Source: an uncultured Pseudokineococcus sp. | GTDB lineage: Bacteria > Actinomycetota > Actinomycetes > Actinomycetales > Quadrisphaeraceae | Assembly: GCF_947499845.1 (NCBI RefSeq) | Contig: NZ_CANMPM010000007.1 | Coordinates: 132,628-156,627 of the forward strand | Length of the DNA: 24,000 nucleotides | Direction: 5' to 3' | Part shown: in pieces, positions 1 through 7,601 of the stretch | Numbering within the stretch: the first letter of the stretch is position 1 | How the letters are laid out: every line of letters starts with the position of its first letter | Notes under the pieces: generated by a model | What the model was told of the DNA's origin: nothing | Database searches by the model: none | The model's input: the letters and a program-made list of their open reading frames with translations, nothing else | Position numbers and translations under genes: made by a program

Positions 1-1005
1 CCGGTCGGCTACGCCGGTGCCGTGAGGCGGGCGCTCTCCCGGGGTTCGGGCACCCTCCGAGCCCGCTTGTGGCAGATCTTCTACCTGGTCGAAGCAGGCG
101 TGCTGCTGCACGAGATGCGGCGTGCCGGGCTTACGCACGTCCACGTGCACCTCGCCAACGTCGGCGCTGACGTCGCTCGCGCTGCCGTCGACCTCGGCCG
201 CGGCACCGACCCCGCGCAAGCGTGGTCCTGGTCCCTGGGCATGCACGGACCGACCGAGTTCGAGGACGTCGCGGGGCACGACCTCCCGGCCAAGATCACC
301 TCGGCCGCCGCGGTGGCCTGCATCAGCGACTTCTGCCGGAGCCAGGTCATGCGGCACAGCGCGCAAGATGTCTGGCCCCGACTGGGCCTCGTGCGGATGG
401 GGGTGAACGTCGAGCAATACCCGGGCCTGGCCGAGCAGCGCCGGCGGAGAACGCCGAGCCCCCTCCGCGTCCTCTTCGTTGGTCGTCTCGTCCCCGAGAA
501 GGGGCCAGGGGTGCTCGTCGAGGCGCTCGAGGAGGTCGTCGCAAGGGGGGTCGACGTCGAGGCGCGCGTAGTCGGCGGCGGTCCGCTCGCCGAGCAACTG
601 CGGACTCGGCTCGCGCGCGGGCCGCTCGCCGATCGCGTCGTCCTGCTCGGCCCCGTCGGGCAGGACGACATGCCGGCCCTCCACGCGTGGGCCGACGTCT
701 TCTGCCTGCCGAGCTTCGCCGAGGGCGTCCCCGTCGTCCTCATGGAGGCCATGGCGAGCGAGCTGCCAGTGATCACGACGCGCATCGCCGGCATCCCCGA
801 ACTCGTGGAGGAGGGCGTCAGCGGTCGGTTGCTCAACCCGGGTCGGGCCGACCTCCTCGCTGACGCCCTCACGGGCATGACCAACGCTGAACAGCGCGCT
901 GAGCTGGGTCGCGCGGGAAGGCGCCGAGTGGTCGAGGAGTTCCAGCCGGAGTCCAACGCCAGGCGCCTGCTTGAGCTCCTTCGTCACGTAGGCGTCTTGG
1001 GCTGA
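1..1005 (+). CDS. Glycosyltransferase family 4 (GT-B fold), 5'-truncated by the window edge
   Basis: The frame is open from base 1 (the listed ORF starts at 22) and stops at 1003-1005. The C-terminal half carries the GT4 sugar-nucleotide-binding signature: LFVGRLVPEKG ... FCLPSFAEGVPVVLMEAMASELPVITTRIAGIPELVEEGVSGRLL (EX7E-type motif). Composition is normal for a coding frame. Confidence 0.8.
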   Translation, partial: PVGYAGAVRRALSRGSGTLRARLWQIFYLVEAGVLLHEMRRAGLTHVHVHLANVGADVARAAVDLGRGTDPAQAWSWSLGMHGPTEFEDVAGHDLPAKITSAAAVACISDFCRSQVMRHSAQDVWPRLGLVRMGVNVEQYPGLAEQRRRRTPSPLRVLFVGRLVPEKGPGVLVEALEEVVARGVDVEARVVGGGPLAEQLRTRLARGPLADRVVLLGPVGQDDMPALHAWADVFCLPSFAEGVPVVLMEAMASELPVITTRIAGIPELVEEGVSGRLLNPGRADLLADALTGMTNAEQRAELGRAGRRRVVEEFQPESNARRLLELLRHVGVLG

Positions 1006-1029
1006 GCTTTCGCGCGGACCTAGGAGGAG

Positions 1030-2130
1030 GTGCTGCCCGTGCATCGCGACGAGGATCGATGGGGGCCCCTGCCCTCGCGCCTGCTCGTCGCCGCCGCTGC
1101 GGCGTGCCTCGTAGGTTGCAGCCCGACGACCTCGCGCAGCGACGAAGCCCCGTCGTCGGCCGTGACCGCCGGGCCGGCAGATGCTCCGGAGCCGCTGGCC
1201 AATCCGCTGACGGCGACAGGCAACGAGGTGAGCGTCTGGCGCCAGGACGTCTCGGCTGCCCCGACGTCCCAGCGGAGCGATGAGTTCGTCAGCGAGCTCG
1301 TCGACCAGGTCGAGGACAGGTACGGCGGTGTCGCGGCTTTCAACGTGCACCAGTTCGGCATGTCCTCCTGGACCGCACCGTGGTGGGTCGATCGTGAGGA
1401 CGTGCAGTTCAACGACTGCCAGGACCGCGGTTACGTCCCTGACGGCCTCTACGACGGCATGGAGCACTTCGTCGACGTGCCGATACCTCCTCACGCTGTA
1501 CCCGCTGCCGGGGCCGACGGGCACCTCATCATCTACTCACCGTCGAGCGACCAGCTGTGGGAGTTCTGGAAGGCAGAGCGAGACTCGGGCGGATGGTCAG
1601 CGTGCTGGGGCGGTCGTCTGGACGGCGTCAGCCGCAGTGACGGGCGCTTCGACGGTTTCTCCGGAGCGGGTGCTGCTGGCGTGGCCATCTCGGCCGGGGC
1701 GTTGCGGTGGGAAGAGGTGCTCTCAGGGAATGTCGAGCACACCCTCTCCCTGGCCATCCCCGACGTCGCGAGAGATGAGCTCAGCTGGCCGGCCAGCCGC
1801 ACGGACGGCCGGGACGACGACGCGGGGGCTATCCCGATGGGGCAGCGCTTCCGCTTGGACGCTGACGTCGACCTCGACGCCTTGGACCTCCACCCGATAG
1901 CCGAGGCTGTCGCACGCGCTGCGCAGCGGTACGGGTTCATGGTGACGGACAGTGCGGGCGCCGTGGCCGTAGCCGCGGAGGTGGGCGAGAGCGCCCAGGT
2001 CCCGCCCGGCGTCCAGGCCCCCTGGCCAGTGCTCCTGGACGGGACGCCGAGCTACGCCGTCATGGAGGGGTTCCCGTGGCGGGAACTGGAAGCACTGCCG
2101 AAGGACTGGGGCGAGCCGGGTCCGCGATAG
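1030..2130 (+). CDS. Predicted lipoprotein of unknown function (paralog A of a tandem pair)
   Basis: A strong RBS AGGAGGAGG lies at 1022-1030. The GTG at 1030 abuts it, so the GTG at 1039 is the better-spaced alternative start. The N-terminus RLLVAAAAACLVGC|S has a lipobox (L-V-G-C, Cys codon 1117-1119). The mature part aligns along its whole length with the product of 2240-3283. I recognise no known domain. Confidence 0.75.
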   Translation: MLPVHRDEDRWGPLPSRLLVAAAAACLVGCSPTTSRSDEAPSSAVTAGPADAPEPLANPLTATGNEVSVWRQDVSAAPTSQRSDEFVSELVDQVEDRYGGVAAFNVHQFGMSSWTAPWWVDREDVQFNDCQDRGYVPDGLYDGMEHFVDVPIPPHAVPAAGADGHLIIYSPSSDQLWEFWKAERDSGGWSACWGGRLDGVSRSDGRFDGFSGAGAAGVAISAGALRWEEVLSGNVEHTLSLAIPDVARDELSWPASRTDGRDDDAGAIPMGQRFRLDADVDLDALDLHPIAEAVARAAQRYGFMVTDSAGAVAVAAEVGESAQVPPGVQAPWPVLLDGTPSYAVMEGFPWRELEALPKDWGEPGPR

Positions 2131-2239
2131 CGCCCGAAGTCGTCCCGGTTGCTCCGAAGTCAGGCATGTCTGTCTAAGATCCGCGCGGTTCACCCGATCG
2201 GGGTGAGGTCCATCGCCGACTGCAAGGAGCCGTCCACCC

Positions 2240-3283
2240 ATGATCTCGACGAAGTCCGGTCGACGCTCGACCAGAACTGTGGCCTCCGTGCTGCTCGCGG
2301 TGCTCCTGACGTCGGGCATCACGACCGCCAGCGCAGAGACGACGGGCCTCGGCCAAGCGCCATCGCTGGGGTCGAGCGTCGCGCCTCGCACGTCCGCCTT
2401 CGGGTCAGACGTGTCCACGGCACCTCTGGACTCCAAGAGCGCCGCCATGGTGAAGAACCTGGCTCACCAAGTGACCTCCCGCTACGACGGCGTCGCCGCC
2501 TTCAACGCGTACAAGTACAACGTCTCACTCGTCCCGGCGGACACGGAGCGGTCCGCAGACGTCCGATTCTCGGACTGCCAGGGCAAGGGGTACACGCCGA
2601 AGAGCCTCTACGGGCGGGATGGGCACTTCGAGAATGTGCCCATCCCGGCGGACGCTGTCGCTGCTTCGGGCAGTGACGCACAGCTCACCGTCTACTCCGA
2701 GAGCACGGACCAGCTCTGGGAGTTCTGGAAGGCCAAGCGGACATCCTCCGGCTGGTCGGCCTGCTGGGGTGGACGGATCGACGACGTCTCGAAGTCGGAC
2801 GGCCACTTCGACGACGGGATGGGGGCGAGTGCTTCCGGTCTGGTCCTGTCTCAGGGCGCCGTGCGCATCTCCGAGTCGCGAGCCGGGCGCATCGACCATG
2901 CCATCGCCCTGACGATCCCTGAGATCGAGCACTGGAAGTCGTGGAGCTACCCAGCACAGCGCAGTGATGGGGCGGACAGGAGCTGGGACGCCATCCCCAT
3001 GGGCACCCGCTTCCGGCTCGACGCCTCTGTGGACGTCGACTCCCTCGGCCTGCACCCAGTCGCGGAGGCCGTCGCACGGGCTGCCCAGAAGTACGGCTTC
3101 ATAGTCAGCGACACCTCGGGTGCCGTCGCGGTGACTGCGGCGAGCGGCAACTATCTCGAGGCTCGGACGGGCACCGACCCATGGAAGGACGTCCTTTCCG
3201 GGACGCCTTCGTACGCCGTCATGGACGGCTTCCCCTGGGAGCGTCTTCAGGCCATCCGCAAGGACTGGGGCGCCCCGCGCTGA
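2240..3283 (+). CDS. Secreted protein of unknown function (paralog B of the tandem pair)
   Basis: RBS AAGGAG at 2224-2229 sits 10 nt before the ATG at 2240. Sec-type signal peptide RRSTRTVASVLLAVLLTSGITTASA|ET. Blocks shared with paralog A: RY(G/D)GVAAFN, DCQxxGYxP, DQLWEFWKA, GWSACWGGR, AIPMGxRFRLDA, HP(I/V)AEAVARAAQ(R/K)YGF, GTPSYAVM(E/D)GFPW, KDWG. Confidence 0.8.
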   Translation: MISTKSGRRSTRTVASVLLAVLLTSGITTASAETTGLGQAPSLGSSVAPRTSAFGSDVSTAPLDSKSAAMVKNLAHQVTSRYDGVAAFNAYKYNVSLVPADTERSADVRFSDCQGKGYTPKSLYGRDGHFENVPIPADAVAASGSDAQLTVYSESTDQLWEFWKAKRTSSGWSACWGGRIDDVSKSDGHFDDGMGASASGLVLSQGAVRISESRAGRIDHAIALTIPEIEHWKSWSYPAQRSDGADRSWDAIPMGTRFRLDASVDVDSLGLHPVAEAVARAAQKYGFIVSDTSGAVAVTAASGNYLEARTGTDPWKDVLSGTPSYAVMDGFPWERLQAIRKDWGAPR

Positions 3284-3598
3284 CCCTCGACACACCCCGG
3301 CTGCCGCGGCACCCACGGCTCGGCAGGGGAGTCGCCGCAGCCGCCTAAGGGCGTGGCGGTCCTGGTGCTGGGGAGGCGATGGGGTGCTTGGCGTCGAGGC
3401 GCGGAGGTGGTAGGACCTCACGGCAACAGACGACCGACGGCGTGGTCGGTGCATCTTTCGGGGGAACCAGAGTCTCCCTGAGGGCAGGGCCACGTGCGCT
3501 GCTGTGACCGGCGGGTACGGTCCGAGCGCCAGGCGGCGACGCCTTGCTCACGGCGTGCGACCGAAGTCGTCGTGGCCCGGTCGAGGTGGGAGGCGCAC

Positions 3599-4612
3599 AT
3601 GACTCAGCGTGTCAGCTGGTTGGACAGTGCGCGTGGGGCTGCGATCTTCATGATCGTCTTCCACCACGTCTTGGTCTTGCTCGAACCCCTGCACCTCGTG
3701 CACTGGGGCTATGGCCTTGTCGAGGACTTGCTGGCGGCCTTCCCGATGCCGCTCTTCTTCTTGGTCTCGGGTGTGCTGGCGAGAGGCGTCCTCAACGAGT
3801 CCTGGGGTCGGCTGTGGCGGCACCGCCTCGGTCCGCTGCTCTGGCTCTACGTGGTGTGGACGGTGGTGCGCTTCCTCTGGTTCTCCGTGCTTCCACTGGC
3901 CAGCAGGCCGGAGGAGACCGACGTCGTCCGGCTGCTCTTGTCGCCGCTGTACCCGACCTCCGGGCTCTGGTACCTGCATGCTCTCGCTCTCGCCCTCGTG
4001 CTCGCGAAGGTCGCGACGAAGCGCTTACGCGTTCCATGGCAGCTGCTCGTCGCCGCAGGAGTGTCCGTGGCGTTCTTCGGGCCTCTCGACACCGGGAGCA
4101 TCGGCTACCAGGGGTTGGCCCACTACCTCGTCTTCTTCTTGGTCGGCGTCAACAGCGGTCCCGCTCTGGTGCGTGCCGTCGAGAAGAGTCCGCCTGTGTC
4201 TGCGCTCGCTGCGACGACCGTCTTCACGGTTCTCGTCGTCACTGTCCGGGCTTACGACCTCGTCGACGTCCCCGGGATCGTGCTCGCGCTGAGCGTCCTC
4301 GCCGTGACCACTGGGCTCCTCTGCCTCCGCCACCTCCCGCGCCTGGCGAGAGGCTCGGGGCTCGAGGTCCTGGGACGCGCGAGCCTCATCATCTACGTCA
4401 CCCACTTCGTCGTGCTCGCCGGACTGACGAAAGCGCTCCTGCTGCTCCTGGGACCGGCGCCGGCGGGTGAGGCGCTGCTTCTGGTGCAGCTCTTCGCCCT
4501 TCCTGTCATGGTCGTGCTGGCTATCGGCGCATCCCTCGGACTGGGCACGATCGCCAAGGGCACACCGCTGCAGTCGGTCTACCAGTTGCCGCGGCGCCGC
4601 ATCCCGGCTTGA
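3599..4612 (+). CDS. Acyltransferase family 3 (OafA/YrhL-type) integral membrane O-acyltransferase
   Basis: RBS GGGAGG is 5 nt upstream of the ATG at 3599; the listed ORF starts at 3494, but its leader is Arg-rich and has no RBS. The N-terminus VSWLDSARGAAIFMIVFHHV is the typical acyltransferase-3 first helix with a conserved His. The rest is about 10 hydrophobic helices. Confidence 0.8.
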   Translation: MTQRVSWLDSARGAAIFMIVFHHVLVLLEPLHLVHWGYGLVEDLLAAFPMPLFFLVSGVLARGVLNESWGRLWRHRLGPLLWLYVVWTVVRFLWFSVLPLASRPEETDVVRLLLSPLYPTSGLWYLHALALALVLAKVATKRLRVPWQLLVAAGVSVAFFGPLDTGSIGYQGLAHYLVFFLVGVNSGPALVRAVEKSPPVSALAATTVFTVLVVTVRAYDLVDVPGIVLALSVLAVTTGLLCLRHLPRLARGSGLEVLGRASLIIYVTHFVVLAGLTKALLLLLGPAPAGEALLLVQLFALPVMVVLAIGASLGLGTIAKGTPLQSVYQLPRRRIPA

Positions 4613-5260
4613 GGCGAGAGCGGTGGGCGAGCAGATCGACCTTCGGAACTGCTGTCGGATCAGGCGACACCTGACGAGGTGCTCGAGGACGCCGTGCAGC
4701 CGTCCTTGGCCGCGCGGGCCTCTGGCGGTCCAAGCGCACGTACTGGTGCGCGCTCCCGCCCCGCCAGCGGTAGGTGCCTTGTAGCTCCAGAGGCGGTGCG
4801 CCGTCGACGGCACCCGCGCCGTCCGCACGTGCCGGGTCTTCGAATTCTCGTGCCAATGCTTGTACCAGTAGTCGGCCGGCCCGGTCTATGTCCGCGAGGA
4901 GCAGCAAGGGCCGCACGAGGTGCGCTCGTCGACGCACCGAGACGAGCCCGGGTCCAGCTACCGCTTGAGCGCCGACGGAGCTCCCACCGCCGACGACCCA
5001 CGGCTGCCCGGAACCGCGAGGGTGCCGTGCTCTGACGAGCGAGGTCGACTGTCACCCACTCATGGGGCAGCACGCCTCGACCAGGGCGACTGAGGTCGTC
5101 CGGTGGCCGCTCCGTCCTGCCCGACGGCGCAGGCGGACGCCATGATGGACAGCGACCGCGACTTCTGCCCGCTGCAGAGACGAGGACGAGAGCCGGTCAG
5201 AGTTCGAGGTGGCGGGACGCGCCCTCCACCGTTGCGACGGACGCGGACCGGTGGTGTCCG

Positions 5261-6640
5261 TCAGCGCGCGGCGCCGAGTCCCCGGTAGGTCCACCCCGCC
5301 TGCCGCCACGCGTCGGCGGGCAGGCAGTTGCGGGCGTCGATGACGGTGGCGCCGGGCCGGGTCAGGGCGAGGAGCTGCGTGGGGTCGGCCTGGCGGAAGA
5401 CCGGCCACTCCGTGAGGACGAGGACGACGTCGGCGTCGGTGACGGCCTCCTCGGTGGAGGTGCCGTACGTCAGGGTGGGGAACATCCTGCGGCTCGTCTC
5501 GCCGGCCTCGGGGTCGTAGACGACGACCTGTGCGCCGCGCAGGTGCAGGCCGGCGGCGACGTTGAGGGCGGGGGAGTCGCGGACGTCGTCGGTGTCGGGC
5601 TTGAAGGCGGCGCCGAGGACGCCGATGCGGCGGTTGAGGACGCTGCCGCCGCAGGCCTGGACGGCCATGTCGATGACGCGCTGGCGCTGCCACATGTTGA
5701 TCTCGTCGACGTCCTGCATGAGGGCGACGAGGGAGTCGGCGCCGAGCTCGCCGGCGCGGTGCATGAGGGCGCGGATGTCCTTGGGGAGGCAGCCGCCGCC
5801 GAAGCCGAGGCCGGCGTTGAGGAACTGCCGGCCGATGCGGACGTCGTGGCCGAGGGCGTCGGACAGGACGGTGACGTCGGCGCCGGCCTTGTCGCACACC
5901 TGCGAGATCGCGTTGATGAAACTGATCTTGGTGGCGAGGAAGGCGTTGGCGGAGACCTTGACGAGCTCGGCGGTCGGCAGGTCGGTGGCGATGAAGGGCG
6001 TGCCCGTGGACAGGGGGCGGGCGTAGACCTGCCGGAGGAGGTCGTCGCCCCACTGCGAGGCGCCGCCGACGACGACGCGGTCGGGGGAGAGGGTGTCGTG
6101 GACGGCCTTGCCCTCCCGGAGGAACTCGGGGTTCCACGCCAGCTCGACCCGCAGGCCCGCCGGGGCGATCTCGCGGACGCGCGCGGCCATCCGGGCGCCG
6201 GTGCCGACCGGCACGGTCGACTTGCCGACGAGCAGCGCGTCGTGGGTCAGGTGCTGGGCCAGCCCTTCGAAGGCGGCCTCGACGTAGCGCAGGTCGGCGC
6301 CGTTGGAACCCGGGCGCTGGGGGGTGCCGACGCAGACGAAGTGGACGTCGGCGAAGGCGGCGGCCTCGGCGAGGTCGGTGGTGAAGCGCAGGCGGCCGGA
6401 CTCGACGCCGCGCACGAGCAGCTCGGGCAGCCCGGGCTCGTAGAAGGGGACCTTGCCGGCGGAGAGGGCCTCGACCTTGGCGGGGTCGACGTCGACGCCG
6501 ATGACGTCGAAGCCGAGCTCGGCCATCGCGGCGGCGTGAGTGGCACCGAGGTAGCCGGTGCCGACGACGCTGATGCGGGGGCCGCGGGCACTGTCGGGGC
6601 TGGTGGCATCGAACTCGGTCTGAGCGGTCTGCTCGGTCAT
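5261..6640 (-). CDS. ugd: UDP-glucose 6-dehydrogenase
   Basis: RBS GAGGA is 6 nt upstream of the ATG (6640). Rossmann motif ISVVGTGYLGATHAAAMAELGFDVIGVD and catalytic-Cys motif GFGGGCLPKDIRAL are present. Length is 459 aa and the UDP-binding C-terminal domain is present. Confidence 0.9.
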   Translation of the reverse strand: MTEQTAQTEFDATSPDSARGPRISVVGTGYLGATHAAAMAELGFDVIGVDVDPAKVEALSAGKVPFYEPGLPELLVRGVESGRLRFTTDLAEAAAFADVHFVCVGTPQRPGSNGADLRYVEAAFEGLAQHLTHDALLVGKSTVPVGTGARMAARVREIAPAGLRVELAWNPEFLREGKAVHDTLSPDRVVVGGASQWGDDLLRQVYARPLSTGTPFIATDLPTAELVKVSANAFLATKISFINAISQVCDKAGADVTVLSDALGHDVRIGRQFLNAGLGFGGGCLPKDIRALMHRAGELGADSLVALMQDVDEINMWQRQRVIDMAVQACGGSVLNRRIGVLGAAFKPDTDDVRDSPALNVAAGLHLRGAQVVVYDPEAGETSRRMFPTLTYGTSTEEAVTDADVVLVLTEWPVFRQADPTQLLALTRPGATVIDARNCLPADAWRQAGWTYRGLGAAR

Positions 6641-6826
6641 GGAAGGTCCTCACGGGGGTCGGCGGACGGACGTGCGCGCCCTCGCGCGGGGGCAGCATGC
6701 CACCTGGACCGCGGTGGAGGAGGCGTCACGCTCGGGGTGTCATGAGCGGGCCTGTCACCGACGGTCGCCCGATCGGGCGCGCCCTCGACGCGGGCGTCCG
6801 CCGGCTCGACGCGCCACGGTGCGACG

Positions 6827-7597
6827 ATGGGTCCCATGACGAACCGCGTGCTCGTGGTCGACGACGACACCGCGCTCGCCGAGATGATCGGCATCGTGCT
6901 CCGGGGAGAGGGCATCACGCCGTCCTTCTGCGCGGACGGCTCGGGGGCGCTGGCCGCCTTCCGGGAGTCCAAGCCCGACCTCGTGCTGCTCGACCTCATG
7001 CTGCCGGGGGTGGACGGCATCGAGGTCTGCCGGCGCATCCGCGCGGAGTCCGACGTGCCGATCGTCATGCTCACCGCGCGCAGCGACACCTCCGACGTCG
7101 TCGCCGGGCTCGAGTCGGGCGCCGACGACTACGTGCCCAAGCCCTTCAAGCCGAAGGAGCTCGTCGCCCGCGTCCGCGCGCGGCTGCGCCGTCGCGAGGA
7201 CGAGGTGCCCGAGACGCTGCGCGCCGGCGACCTCGTCATCGACGTCGCCGGGCACACCGTCAACCGCGGCGACCAGCACATCGCCCTGACGCCCCTGGAG
7301 TTCGACCTCCTCGCGGCGCTGGCCCGCAAGCCGTGGCAGGTCTTCACGCGCGAGGTGCTGCTCGAGCAGGTCTGGGGCTACCGCCACCAGGCCGACACGC
7401 GCCTGGTCAACGTCCACGTCCAGCGCCTGCGCAGCAAGATCGAGCACGACCCCGAGCACCCCGAGGTCGTCCTCACCGTCCGCGGCGTCGGCTACCGCGC
7501 CGGCGCTGTCGCCTCGGGCGGCTCGGCCCCGGACGGCGCGGGGCAGCAGGACGCCCCGTCCGACGAGCCCGGTCGGGCCGGCGCGGACGCCGGCTGA
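6827..7597 (+). CDS. mtrA: OmpR-family response regulator MtrA
   Basis: Near-colinear with M. tuberculosis MtrA as I recall it: RVLVVDDDTALAEMIGIVLRGEG, LVLLDLMLPG, PIVMLTAR, GADDYVPKPFKPKELVARVRARLRR, LTPLEFDLLAALARKPWQVFTREVLLEQVWGYRHQADTRLVNVHVQRLRSKIE. The ATG at 6836 is an alternative start. The protein has an extra low-complexity C-terminal tail of about 30 aa. Confidence 0.92.
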   Translation: MGPMTNRVLVVDDDTALAEMIGIVLRGEGITPSFCADGSGALAAFRESKPDLVLLDLMLPGVDGIEVCRRIRAESDVPIVMLTARSDTSDVVAGLESGADDYVPKPFKPKELVARVRARLRRREDEVPETLRAGDLVIDVAGHTVNRGDQHIALTPLEFDLLAALARKPWQVFTREVLLEQVWGYRHQADTRLVNVHVQRLRSKIEHDPEHPEVVLTVRGVGYRAGAVASGGSAPDGAGQQDAPSDEPGRAGADAG

Positions 7598-7601
7598 CGC
7601 C

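Noticed and set aside
2149-2180. TTGCTC ... TAAGAT as a promoter for paralog B
   Set aside because: The -10-like TAAGAT (2175-2180) is plausible, but the spacer to TTGCTC is 20 nt, longer than the usual 16-19. I kept it only as a hint that paralog B may have its own promoter.
3431-3450. Short hairpin (ACCGAC-GGCGTG-GTCGGT, followed by CATCTTTC) as a terminator for paralog B
   Set aside because: The stem is only 6 bp and lies about 150 nt after the stop codon. That is too weak to call; a read-through operon with the acyltransferase gene is equally possible.
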